This document shows positions 19,297 to 28,966 of a stretch of DNA of 64,000 nucleotides, piece by piece (within the stretch, counting starts at the first letter, position 1; each line of letters begins with the position of its first letter). Location of the stretch: contig JAZLLO010000113.1 of the NCBI GenBank assembly GCA_045598185.1, forward strand, positions 55,966 to 119,965. Reading direction: 5' to 3'. The stretch is from Marvinbryantia sp. (lineage in GTDB: Bacteria > Bacillota > Clostridia > Lachnospirales > Lachnospiraceae). A program made the position numbers and the translations under genes. The notes beneath the pieces were generated by a model, which searched no databases, had not been told where the DNA came from, and was given only the letters and a program-made list of their open reading frames with translations.

Positions 19297-20340
19297 ATGA
19301 AAAAACGTATGATGATCTTAACAGCTATCATGGCAGTTGCAGCTATGGGCACACTTGCTAGCGCTGAAAAAGTTGGTGTTTCTATGCCTACAAAGGATCT
19401 CCAGAGATGGAACCAGGATGGTGAAAACATGCAGAAAGAACTCGAAGCAGCTGGTTTCGAAGTTGACCTTCAGTACGCTTCTAATGACGTTCAGACTCAG
19501 GTTAACCAGATTGAAACAATGATTTCTGAAGGTGCAGAAGTTCTTGTTATCGCAGCTATCGAAGGTTCTTCACTTGGTGAAGCTCTTGATATGGCAGCTG
19601 AATATGAAATCCCAGTTATCGCTTACGACCGTCTTATCATGGATCATGATGGTGTTTCTTACTACGCTACATTCAACAACTACAAAGTTGGTACAGTTCA
19701 GGGTGAATACGTTAAAGATCAGCTTGACCTTGAAAACGCTGATGGCCCATTCGTAATGGAAATTACAGCTGGTGACCCAGGTGATAACAATGCTCGTTAC
19801 TTCTATCAGGGTGCTTACGATGTCATCTCTCCATACATCGAATCTGGTAAAGTTGTTGTAACATCTGGCCAGACAGCATTTGAAGATGTTGCTACTCCAA
19901 AGTGGGATTCTAACACAGCTCAGAACAGAGCAGAAGGTATCCTTGATGCTAACTACGCTGATGGAACAAACATTGATGCATGGCTTTGCTCAAATGACTC
20001 TACAGCTCTTGGTGTAGCTAACGCTCTTGAAAAGAAATACACAGGTGAATACCCAATCGTTACAGGTCAGGACTGTGATATCGTTAATACAAAGAACATG
20101 ATCGCTGGAAAGCAGGCTATGTCAGTATTTAAGGATACACGTACTCTTGCATCTCAGGTAGTTAAGATGGTAGGTCAGATCCTTACAGGTGAAGAAGTTG
20201 ATGTTAACGATACAGAAACATACGATAACAACGTAATCGTAGTTCCTTCATACCTTTGCGAGCCTGTATTCGCAGACGTTAACAACTATAAAGAACTCCT
20301 TATCGATTCTGGTTACTATACAGAAGATCAGCTTCAGTAA
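19297..20340 (+). CDS. ChvE-type monosaccharide ABC substrate-binding protein
   Basis: VGVSMPTKDLQRWNQDG, IAYDRLI, GDPGDNNA, TGQD, FKDTRTLA. Confidence 0.9.
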   Translation: MKKRMMILTAIMAVAAMGTLASAEKVGVSMPTKDLQRWNQDGENMQKELEAAGFEVDLQYASNDVQTQVNQIETMISEGAEVLVIAAIEGSSLGEALDMAAEYEIPVIAYDRLIMDHDGVSYYATFNNYKVGTVQGEYVKDQLDLENADGPFVMEITAGDPGDNNARYFYQGAYDVISPYIESGKVVVTSGQTAFEDVATPKWDSNTAQNRAEGILDANYADGTNIDAWLCSNDSTALGVANALEKKYTGEYPIVTGQDCDIVNTKNMIAGKQAMSVFKDTRTLASQVVKMVGQILTGEEVDVNDTETYDNNVIVVPSYLCEPVFADVNNYKELLIDSGYYTEDQLQ

Positions 20341-20380
20341 TTTGAAGTCTACGATTCTTTAATATAATATAGAGTCGCTT

Positions 20381-20409
20381 CAGGCGGGCTTTACGCCCGC
20401 CTGTTTTTT
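20381..20409 (+). terminator. Stem-loop after the SBP gene (attenuating or mRNA-stabilising)
   Basis: CAGGCGGGC-TTTAC-GCCCGCCTG-TTTTTT. Confidence 0.65.
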
Positions 20410-20445
20410 AGATTATGAAAGAGAACATAAAAGGAGGGAAATCAT

Positions 20446-21987
20446 TTGGCAGCTATACTTGAAATGAAGAATATCGTCAAAGAGTTCCCAGGTGTAAAGG
20501 CTCTTGATAACGTTAATCTGAAGGTTGAAAAAGGCGAGATTCACGCTCTTGTTGGTGAGAATGGTGCCGGTAAGTCAACTCTGATGAACGTTCTTTCAGG
20601 TATTTACCCATTCGGAACATATACAGGTGATATTTTATATAATGGTGAAGTTTGTAACTTCCATAATATTAAAGATAGTGAAGCAAAAGGTATCGTTATC
20701 ATTCACCAGGAGTTAGCTCTGGTACCGGAGATGTCTATTGGTGAGAATATGTACCTTGGTAATGAGCGTGGTAAGAAGTCAAGAATTGACTGGAATACTA
20801 CATATGCAGAAGCAGATAAGTACTTAAGAATGGTTGGTTTATCAGAATCTTCCAGAGTTATGGTTAAGGAGATTGGTACTGGTAAGCAGCAGCTGGTTGA
20901 AATTGCGAAGGCGCTTGCTAAGAATGCAAAGCTTCTTATCCTGGATGAGCCTACATCTTCTCTGAATGAAGAAGATTCCAAGGCACTTCTGGATCTGATG
21001 CTTGGATTCAAGGAACAGGGCATGACAATGATCATCATCACACATAAGCTGAACGAGGTTTCTTATGTTGCTGATAAGATCACAGTTGTACGTGACGGTT
21101 CTACAATTGAGACAATCGACAATGCGAACCATGATATCGATGAAGATCGTATCATTCGTGGAATGGTTGGTCGTGAGATCACAAACCGTTTCCCTAAGCG
21201 TGAGAATGTTCCAATCGGCGAGATCAACATGGAAGTTAAGAACTGGACAGTTTATCATCCGCTTTATCCGGAACGTAAGGTTGTTGATAATGTATCCATC
21301 AATGTTCGTAAGGGAGAGGTAGTTGGTATCTACGGACTGATGGGAGCTGGTCGTACAGAGCTTGCAAGAAGTATCTTTGGTCAGTCTTATGGTAAGCTGG
21401 CTAGCGGTACATTAAAACTGAATGGTCAGGAAGTTGTCCTTAAGAAGAATTCTCCAATCGATGCAATCAAGCATAAGATTGCATACGTTACAGAAGACCG
21501 TAAGGGTAATGGTCTGATTCTTTCCCAGTCTATCAAGGTTAACACATCTCTTGCTAATCTGGACAGTATCGCATCCAACCTTGTTATCGATAAGGATAAG
21601 GAATATCAGGTTGCGGAAGAATATCGTAAGAAACTGAAAACAAAGACTCCATCTGTTGAGCAGCTTGTAGGTAACCTTTCCGGTGGTAACCAGCAGAAGG
21701 TTCTTCTTGCAAAATGGATGTTCGCTGAGCCGGATATCCTGATCCTGGATGAGCCTACCAGAGGTATCGACGTTGGTGCGAAGTATGAGATCTACTGCAT
21801 CATTAACGACCTTGCAGCAGCAGGAAAGTCTGTAATCGTTATTTCTTCAGAACTTCCGGAAGTAATTGGTATGAGTGATCGTATCTACATCATGAACGCT
21901 TCTAAGATGGTTGGCGAGATGAAGGCTTCTGAAGCTACTCAGGAAAAGATTATGGCAGAGATCCTGAAGTCAGGAAGGGGTGATTGA
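20446..21987 (+). CDS. Monosaccharide ABC ATPase (GguA/XylG type, tandem ABC domains)
   Basis: [16 protein letters not shown] twice, LSGGNQQK; TTG start after GGAGG. Confidence 0.92.
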   Translation: MAAILEMKNIVKEFPGVKALDNVNLKVEKGEIHALVGENGAGKSTLMNVLSGIYPFGTYTGDILYNGEVCNFHNIKDSEAKGIVIIHQELALVPEMSIGENMYLGNERGKKSRIDWNTTYAEADKYLRMVGLSESSRVMVKEIGTGKQQLVEIAKALAKNAKLLILDEPTSSLNEEDSKALLDLMLGFKEQGMTMIIITHKLNEVSYVADKITVVRDGSTIETIDNANHDIDEDRIIRGMVGREITNRFPKRENVPIGEINMEVKNWTVYHPLYPERKVVDNVSINVRKGEVVGIYGLMGAGRTELARSIFGQSYGKLASGTLKLNGQEVVLKKNSPIDAIKHKIAYVTEDRKGNGLILSQSIKVNTSLANLDSIASNLVIDKDKEYQVAEEYRKKLKTKTPSVEQLVGNLSGGNQQKVLLAKWMFAEPDILILDEPTRGIDVGAKYEIYCIINDLAAAGKSVIVISSELPEVIGMSDRIYIMNASKMVGEMKASEATQEKIMAEILKSGRGD

Positions 21988-23180
21988 TGATGAAGAATCC
22001 AGTAGCAGATTTTGCAAAAAAGAATATGATGGTAATCGCTCTTGTAGTGGTTGTTATCGCATTTTCAATTTTAACAAATGGTACTATTCTGACAGCATCC
22101 AGTCTTGATAGTTTGATTTCTCAGAATGGTTACGTATTCATGCTGGCAACAGGTATGTTACTTTGTATCCTGACTGGTGGTAACATTGACCTTGCTGTTG
22201 GTTCTGTAGTTTGTTTCACAGGTGGTATTGGTGCTCTTCTTATGAAGGTTGTTCCATTCCCAATCGCTGTTTTAGCTATGCTTGCTATCGGTTTTGCAAT
22301 CGGTGCTTTCCAGGGTTACTGGATCGCATGGGTGTCTGTACCTCCATTTATCGCAACACTTGCCGGTATGTTCGCATTCCGTGGTCTTGCAAACGTAGTT
22401 ATGGGTGGTTACGCAATCGATGTCAGCAACGAAGGTTTCCTTAGAATCTTCGGTGGTGGTGCACACTGTTACGTGCCTGACTTTATCGGTAAGCTTCTTG
22501 GCATCACTATTCCGATCGTTGGTGCAGGCGGACAGGAAAAGACTCTTAACATTACCTGTCTTGTGATTGGTGTTCTTGTTGTTATCGCTCTTGTTGTTAT
22601 GCTGATCCGTGGCATGGCTGCTAAGAAGGGCAACGCTCTTGGAGATATCGTCAGAACTGTTATCATCAGTGCTCTTGTTCTCTGGCTTTCTTATAAGCTG
22701 GCTTGTGAGAATGGTATTCCTTCTGTTCTTATCTGGATCGCACTGGTTCTTGGCATCTATGGATATATCACCAACTATACTGCTATCGGACGTTATTTCT
22801 ATGCAGTAGGTGGTAATGAAAAGGCTACCAGACTTTCTGGTATCAATACAAAACTTGTTTACTTTATCGCATATGCTAACATGGGATTCTTAGCCGGTCT
22901 TGGCGGTATCCTTACAATCGCAAGAGCAAAGACAGCTCAGCCTACATTTGGTCAGGGTTATGAGATGGATGCGATTGCTGCCTGCTTCATCGGTGGTGCT
23001 TCTGCATACGGTGGTGTTGGTAAGATTACCGGTGTTATCATTGGTGCGATTCTGATGGGTGTTATCAATCAGGGTATGATCATTAAGGGTATCTCTCCTA
23101 ACTACCAGGTTGCAGTTAAGGGTGTAGTTCTTCTGATCGCTGTTATGATGGATGTACTCTCACAGAAAGAAAAAGCATAA
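21987..23180 (+). CDS. Monosaccharide ABC permease 1 (GguB/XylH type)
   Basis: GGNIDLAVGS, PPFIATLAGM, YAVGGNEKATRLSG, YEMDAIAACFIGG. Confidence 0.9.
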   Translation: MMKNPVADFAKKNMMVIALVVVVIAFSILTNGTILTASSLDSLISQNGYVFMLATGMLLCILTGGNIDLAVGSVVCFTGGIGALLMKVVPFPIAVLAMLAIGFAIGAFQGYWIAWVSVPPFIATLAGMFAFRGLANVVMGGYAIDVSNEGFLRIFGGGAHCYVPDFIGKLLGITIPIVGAGGQEKTLNITCLVIGVLVVIALVVMLIRGMAAKKGNALGDIVRTVIISALVLWLSYKLACENGIPSVLIWIALVLGIYGYITNYTAIGRYFYAVGGNEKATRLSGINTKLVYFIAYANMGFLAGLGGILTIARAKTAQPTFGQGYEMDAIAACFIGGASAYGGVGKITGVIIGAILMGVINQGMIIKGISPNYQVAVKGVVLLIAVMMDVLSQKEKA

Positions 23181-23196
23181 GAAAGGGAGGATGAAT

Positions 23197-24366
23197 ATGA
23201 AGAATAAAGTTTTATCAGTCATGAAAGAACAGTTTATGCTCATCGCCCTGGTTGTAGTATTTATTCTGTTCACAATCGCCAGTGGTGGTGCTATGCTTCA
23301 GCCAATGAAGTTCAACTTACTGGTTATTTCTAATGCATATGTATATATTCTTGCTTGTGGTATGCTGATGTGTATGCTGACAGGTGGTAACATCGACCTT
23401 TCCTGTGGTTCTTTCGTTGCTTTCCTCGGTGCAATCGGTGCATATCTGATGGCTCTTAAGAATATTCCGATTCCATTAGCTATCATCCTGATGCTGGCTA
23501 TCGGTATCATTTACGGTGTTGTTCTTGGTTACCTGATCGCATATGTTAACGTTCCACCTTGGATCGCTACACTTGCAGGTTACCTTTCCTTCCGTGGTCT
23601 TGGTACTGCAATCCTCAGTGGTAACAGTACGACAGGTTCTATTAACATCAAGACACAGGAAGCATTCCTGAACATCTTCTCAGGTAAGCTTTTCAGCACA
23701 AAGCCAGGTACCATGAATATGGTATGTATGGTTGTTGGTATTATCGCAGCAATCATTGTTATCGTACTGAACTTTAACTCCAGAGCTACCAAGCTCAAAA
23801 AGGGTTATGAAGCTGCAAGCATGACAGAAGTTCTTGTAAAGTCTGTTCTCGGCGCAGCAGCAATTATCTTTGTAGCTTACAAGCTTGCTTTAGCAGGCGG
23901 TATCCCTACTGTTCTTGTATGGGTAGTAGCGATCATCCTGATCTACAGCTTCATTACAGAGAAGACAACAATTGGTCGTCACTTCTATGTAGTAGGTGGT
24001 AACCGTGAAGCAGCTCGTCTGTCAGGTGTTAACACAAAGATGATCATGTTCATGGCTTACCTGAACATGGCAATCATTACTGTAATCACAACATGGGTTA
24101 CATTATCCCGTCTTCAGGCTTCAAACGCTGATATGGGTCTTAACTACGAGATGGATGCAATCGCAGCCTGCGTAGTAGGTGGTGTTTCTGCATACGGTGG
24201 TGAAGGTAAGATCTTCGGTATGGTTGTTGGTGCAACTCTGATCGGTGTAATCAACCTTGGTATGAGTACCCTTTCATGGGACGCTAACTTACAGAAGGTT
24301 ATCAAAGGTGCAGTATTACTTGGTGCTGTAGCATTCGATATCGTTTCAAAGAAACGTACAAAATAA
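23197..24366 (+). CDS. Monosaccharide ABC permease 2 (GguB/XylH type)
   Basis: GGNIDLSCGS, PPWIATLAG, VVGGNREAARLSG, YEMDAIAACVVGG; start chosen by GGGAGG spacing. Confidence 0.9.
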   Translation: MKNKVLSVMKEQFMLIALVVVFILFTIASGGAMLQPMKFNLLVISNAYVYILACGMLMCMLTGGNIDLSCGSFVAFLGAIGAYLMALKNIPIPLAIILMLAIGIIYGVVLGYLIAYVNVPPWIATLAGYLSFRGLGTAILSGNSTTGSINIKTQEAFLNIFSGKLFSTKPGTMNMVCMVVGIIAAIIVIVLNFNSRATKLKKGYEAASMTEVLVKSVLGAAAIIFVAYKLALAGGIPTVLVWVVAIILIYSFITEKTTIGRHFYVVGGNREAARLSGVNTKMIMFMAYLNMAIITVITTWVTLSRLQASNADMGLNYEMDAIAACVVGGVSAYGGEGKIFGMVVGATLIGVINLGMSTLSWDANLQKVIKGAVLLGAVAFDIVSKKRTK

Positions 24367-24371
24367 ATATT

Positions 24372-24392
24372 GAGCCACCGGGGACGGTGGCT
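24372..24392. terminator. Hairpin between convergent genes
   Basis: GAGCCACCG-GGA-CGGTGGCTC. Confidence 0.7.
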
Positions 24393-24393
24393 C

Positions 24394-26082
24394 TTATTTC
24401 ATCGTAACTTTACAATTTTTTAAATAGAAGGCAATTCCATATTTTAATATCTTTTTCATTCCATCCGATTTTAATCGGGCTTCATATCTTAATTCTTCAA
24501 TCTGGCTAAGAGCCGCAAGACTTTCTTTTTCAAGAGTATCTACACTGGAAGCATATTTAAATTCAAGAATAATACCGATTCGTTCCGGAGTTTCGATCAG
24601 TAGGTCACTGTACCCGAATCCGGTTTCTTCATTTGAACGGATGATCCATCTGGTGCGATATTGCAGAAGGCCAAAGATCATTCCGTGATAGAAATTCTCT
24701 TTATATTTATTCTGAACAGCTGTATCACGTATGCTGATGCCCTCCCAGAGGTAGTCATTGATTATATCTTCCAGGAGATCTGCATTGCCGTTAATTAAAG
24801 CATTACAGAGTTTCTCGAGTTTTTCTGTATCTTCGTGAGCCGTATCCTGAAACCATTCCTGAATCTGTGAGACGAACAGAGAACGCATCTCCTGATTTGG
24901 AATAGATAATTCAAGCATATCCCCTTCTCTCATCGTCTGGTAAGTTAAATATCCAGTAGTAAAGAGTACACTCCATAAATGATTGATGGTTCGATCTAAT
25001 TCATTATAAGTTAGTTCAAAGTTTATTTTTTTCCAGATAGTATTACCGGAGATTAACTGCTCGATTTCCTGTTTGGTGGTAGAATCAGCTTTATCGATGA
25101 AACGACGAATCATAGAGTTTCCACTTGAATTAGCCCAATAATTCTTTGGAGGGGCAAGACGGTTCTCAAGAAGAGCATCGCAATAATTAAGTACATCCCA
25201 TGGACAATAGATAGATGTTTCACCAAAATGATAACCATTATACCAGCTGCGGATGATATCTGCACAATCTTCCAGTTCATAATATTGAAGTAATGCATGT
25301 ACTTCCTTTTCTGTAAAACCGAAGTACTCGCTGTATGCAGTGTCGGTAATATTATTGATGCGAAGATTGTTAAGCCCTGTAAAGATACTTTCTTTGCTGA
25401 TTCTAAGACATCCGGTTAAAACTGAAAAATAAAGGGATGAATTGGTTTTAAGTGCAAGACTGAACATATTCCTTATGAGAGAAACCATTTCATCGTAATA
25501 ACCATTCTGAAATGCTTTATCAAGTGGAACATCATATTCATCTATTAAAAGAATAACCTGCTTATGATAATGCTTTTCGAGGAGCATAGTTAACGTCTTT
25601 AGACTGTTCTCCAAAAGAAAATCAGACATGACGAAAACACCGCGATCCATCTGAAGAAGCGACTGGTAGATATTCTTTTCATCGGAAGACAATATTTTAC
25701 TGTCCTTAAGGAAAGCAAAGCGGTTCGCTTCACGGCCAACCTCATTTTTCAATGCAGCACAGGCAGCTGAATAAGTTAATCCGCCGCAATCTTTTAAAGT
25801 AATGGAGATTACAGGATAATTTCCCATCCATTCAGAACAGATCTTTTCAGATTCAGAGATCTTTAAACCTTCAAAGAGAGAAGGGTCTGTATCTATTTCG
25901 AAGAATGACTTCAGCATACTCATATTTAAGGATTTTCCAAAACGTCTTGGTCTGGTAAATAATTGTACTTTTCCCCATCTTTGATATAGATCTGCGATCA
26001 GGTTTGTTTTATCTATATAATAAAAATTGTCGGTAATAATTTGACCGAAATGCTCTACGCCAATAGGTAGTTTCTTTTTCAA
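24394..26082 (-). CDS. AAA-ATPase-like protein with C-terminal PD-(D/E)XK nuclease domain
   Basis: YYIDKT, RPRRFGKS (Walker A), LLIDEYDVP (Walker B), ENFYHG...SNEETGFGYSDL...ILEFK...QI...Y. Confidence 0.85.
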   Translation of the reverse strand: MKKKLPIGVEHFGQIITDNFYYIDKTNLIADLYQRWGKVQLFTRPRRFGKSLNMSMLKSFFEIDTDPSLFEGLKISESEKICSEWMGNYPVISITLKDCGGLTYSAACAALKNEVGREANRFAFLKDSKILSSDEKNIYQSLLQMDRGVFVMSDFLLENSLKTLTMLLEKHYHKQVILLIDEYDVPLDKAFQNGYYDEMVSLIRNMFSLALKTNSSLYFSVLTGCLRISKESIFTGLNNLRINNITDTAYSEYFGFTEKEVHALLQYYELEDCADIIRSWYNGYHFGETSIYCPWDVLNYCDALLENRLAPPKNYWANSSGNSMIRRFIDKADSTTKQEIEQLISGNTIWKKINFELTYNELDRTINHLWSVLFTTGYLTYQTMREGDMLELSIPNQEMRSLFVSQIQEWFQDTAHEDTEKLEKLCNALINGNADLLEDIINDYLWEGISIRDTAVQNKYKENFYHGMIFGLLQYRTRWIIRSNEETGFGYSDLLIETPERIGIILEFKYASSVDTLEKESLAALSQIEELRYEARLKSDGMKKILKYGIAFYLKNCKVTMK

Positions 26083-26178
26083 ATCATATTCCCCTCTCTG
26101 GATAAGAAGTGTGGAAGTTGTTTACAATATTGTATCGTTTATAAAAAGGGAGTGCAAGGCTAAGTTTATGTAAAAAAT

Positions 26179-26203
26179 AGGCGTGTGATAAAATCACACG
26201 CCT
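26179..26203 (-). terminator. Terminator of the ferredoxin gene
   Basis: AGGCGTGTGAT-AAA-ATCACACGCCT with an A-run to its left (U-tract on the minus strand). Confidence 0.7.
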
Positions 26204-26226
26204 TCTCATCTTCTTATAAAGATAAA

Positions 26227-26397
26227 TTATTCTGCTGCAATAGCGCCTGTTGGACATTCGCCTTCGCATGTTCCACATTCAAGACAAGCATCAGCATCGA
26301 TTTCGTACTTGCCATCGCCTTCATGGATAGCTTCTGCTGGACAAGCATCTGCACATGTTCCACAGCTTACACATTCGTCAGTAATTACGTATGCCAT
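26227..26397 (-). CDS. Clostridial-type 2[4Fe-4S] ferredoxin, 56 aa (not in ORF track)
   Basis: Hand translation MAYVITDECVSCGTCADACPAEAIHEGDGKYEIDADACLECGTCEGECPTGAIAAE; AGGAGG RBS; TTGTGT-17-TAAAAT upstream at 26480-26452. Confidence 0.93.
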   Translation of the reverse strand: MAYVITDECVSCGTCADACPAEAIHEGDGKYEIDADACLECGTCEGECPTGAIAAE

Positions 26398-26588
26398 AGT
26401 GATAATCCTCCTTTATATTTGTACAGGTTAACCCGTACATTTGTTACAATTATTTTAATACATGAACATCATTAACACAAGTAAAATATTTGCATTTTTG
26501 ATAAAACAGATATGTTACAATTTCTTGACCTTTTGAATGTATCGGAATAAGATATAGCTATCCTATGTAAAAACAATGGAGGTTTATA

Positions 26589-27653
26589 ATGAAACGTATT
26601 ATCTTAACCGGTGGTGGTACTGCCGGACATGTTACACCGAATATGGCACTGGTTCCTCGTCTGAAGGAACTCGGTATGGATATTCAATATATTGGATCTT
26701 ATAAAGGAATTGAGAAGCAGCTGATCACAGAGATGGGACTTCCATATCATGCGATTTCTTCCGGAAAGCTGAGAAGATATTTTGATCTTCAGAACTTTAC
26801 AGATCCATTCCGTGTTATCCGTGGATATTTCCAGGCACGTCGTCTGATGAGCAAGCTGAAACCGGATATCATCTTTTCCAAGGGTGGATTCGTAGCTGTT
26901 CCTGTTGTTCTGGCTGCTAAGCATAAGCATATCCCGGTTATCTGTCATGAATCAGATATCACACCGGGTCTTGCTAACAAGCTTGCGATTCCATTTGCAA
27001 CAAAGGTATGCTGTAACTTCCCTGAGACTGTGAAGTATCTTCCTGCAGATAAGGCGGTATTAACAGGTTCTCCGATCCGTGCAGAACTTCGTACAGGTGA
27101 TAAGCAGAAAGCTAAAGAGTTCTGTGGATTTACTGAAGATAAGCCAACACTTCTTGTTATCGGCGGAAGTCTGGGTTCAGCGAATGTGAATGCAGCAGTA
27201 CGAGGTGTACTGAATGAACTGCTAGCACAGTTTAATATCATTCATCTTTGCGGTAAGGATAAACTGGAGCAGTCACTGACAGGTGTTAAGGGATATGTTC
27301 AGTATGAATATATCAAAGAAGAATTACCAGATCTTTTTGCACTGGCAGATGTTGTCATCTCCCGTGCCGGAGCGAATGCAATCTGCGAGCTTCTGGACCT
27401 TCGTAAGCCGGCGATTCTGATTCCACTTGGCTCCAATGCAAGTCGTGGTGACCAGATCCTCAACGCAGAATCTTTCAAGAAACAGGGCTTCTGTGAAGTG
27501 CTGACAGAGGATGTACTGACTTATGACCTTCTTCTTGAAACAGTACGCAAGGTATATGCAGAAAGAGAAACTTACGTACAGGCAATGGAAAAGAGCGAAT
27601 TAAGCAACGAAGTAGAAAAGATCACGGATCTGATTGTAAAAGAAGCAAAATAA
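26589..27653 (+). CDS. murG: Lipid II N-acetylglucosaminyl transferase
   Basis: TGGGTAGHV, KGGFV, HESD..PGLAN, GGSLG, SRAGA, DQILNA. Confidence 0.93.
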   Translation: MKRIILTGGGTAGHVTPNMALVPRLKELGMDIQYIGSYKGIEKQLITEMGLPYHAISSGKLRRYFDLQNFTDPFRVIRGYFQARRLMSKLKPDIIFSKGGFVAVPVVLAAKHKHIPVICHESDITPGLANKLAIPFATKVCCNFPETVKYLPADKAVLTGSPIRAELRTGDKQKAKEFCGFTEDKPTLLVIGGSLGSANVNAAVRGVLNELLAQFNIIHLCGKDKLEQSLTGVKGYVQYEYIKEELPDLFALADVVISRAGANAICELLDLRKPAILIPLGSNASRGDQILNAESFKKQGFCEVLTEDVLTYDLLLETVRKVYAERETYVQAMEKSELSNEVEKITDLIVKEAK

Positions 27654-27662
27654 AAAGTAATT

Positions 27663-27686
27663 AAGGGAGCCGAACGGCTCCCTTTT
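27663..27686. terminator. Bidirectional terminator
   Basis: AAGGGAGCCG-AA-CGGCTCCCTT between convergent murG and HIT. Confidence 0.75.
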
Positions 27687-27689
27687 CGA

Positions 27690-28097
27690 TTATGCAAATT
27701 TCTTCAGCAGTTCCTCGCGGTCAGCATCTGTAAGTTTACCTACATTCCAGCCAAATCCTGCTTTATCACCCTTCATTCTTGGGATGATGTGGATGTGGAA
27801 GTGAAATACGGTCTGTCCGGCAGCTTCGTGATTATTCTGTGCAATGTTGATACCATCACAGCCAAGAACAGCTTCTGCCTTGATGGCCATCTTCTTTGCA
27901 AGAATAAAAGCTTTGGCTGTCACTTCTTCTGGAAGTGTTGTGATATCTGAATAATGCTCTTTTGGGATGATAAGCATATGTCCCTTTGCAGCAGGTCCGA
28001 TATCCAGCATTACTTTAAATTCATCATCTTCATAAACAGTTGCAGAAGGAATCTCTCCTGCGATGATCTTACAGAAAATACAATTAGGATCTTTCAT
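27690..28097 (-). CDS. HIT-family nucleotide hydrolase
   Basis: CIFCKI, AGQTVFHFHIHIIPR. Confidence 0.92.
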   Translation of the reverse strand: MKDPNCIFCKIIAGEIPSATVYEDDEFKVMLDIGPAAKGHMLIIPKEHYSDITTLPEEVTAKAFILAKKMAIKAEAVLGCDGINIAQNNHEAAGQTVFHFHIHIIPRMKGDKAGFGWNVGKLTDADREELLKKFA

Positions 28098-28202
28098 ATT
28101 ATCTAGTCCTCCAATAATGATTTGAATATTCTGTTAACAGTTTAAATCACTTTCTGTTTTTACGCAAATTATTTCTTTGATATTTGAGCCATTGGGAGAG
28201 GT

Positions 28203-28814
28203 TTACTGGGTCAGCTGATTCAATAGATTCAAGATGATGCAGAGGATGAGTCCGCCGACGAAGCCGCCGATATGTGCGGCATTACCTACATTCGGTTGAG
28301 AGAAGCCGTCCATGATCGAGAGGATGGCGATGGTGATGAGTCTTCTGACATAATTCTCTCCGAGCTGTCTGATATTGATGATTGCAAGCCATATCAAAGC
28401 ACCGATTACAGCGAAGATGGCTCCGGAGGCACCGCCTGCGATATGGTAGTCTCCGGATGACAAGTCGACATACATGGAAAGCAGGTTGCCCAGGATACCG
28501 CCGCCAAAGTAAATGATAAGATAGCGAAGCTTACCAACTTTTGCCTCCAGCATGTCACCGGCGAAGATCAGAAGAAGCATGTTGTAGACGATGTGTTCTG
28601 CACCGAAGTGGACGAACATACTGGTAATCAGGCGATAATATTCACCATAATCAGCCACCAGACGGGCACTCATAACCATGCGGTTCGTAAGTGAATATGT
28701 ATCGATGAGACCGCCAGGCAGGTTCATAATAAGAAAAACAATAATATTGATGATAACAATAGAGAGATTTACCTTCTCCCTTGATTTTAAAAATGCAAGT
28801 GCTTCATCCAGCAT
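28203..28814 (-). CDS. Rhomboid intramembrane serine protease
   Basis: YYRLITSMFVH...H..YNM, GASGAIF, AHIGG; start placed at 28814 after GAGGT. Confidence 0.88.
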   Translation of the reverse strand: MLDEALAFLKSREKVNLSIVIINIIVFLIMNLPGGLIDTYSLTNRMVMSARLVADYGEYYRLITSMFVHFGAEHIVYNMLLLIFAGDMLEAKVGKLRYLIIYFGGGILGNLLSMYVDLSSGDYHIAGGASGAIFAVIGALIWLAIINIRQLGENYVRRLITIAILSIMDGFSQPNVGNAAHIGGFVGGLILCIILNLLNQLTQ

Positions 28815-28966
28815 AAATAGATACCTCGCGAAAATAGTCATAGATGCATTATACACTGTTTCTGGAAGCAACGCATAAATAAATGTGTGAAAAAAGAATG
28901 AAATGCTGTAAATGCGTGGAATAAAGGTCGAAAATAAGCTATACTTGAAATATAGACAGGGAAGGA

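Noticed and set aside
26185-26475. 96-aa plus-strand ORF
   Set aside because: Antisense to the ferredoxin gene and its terminator
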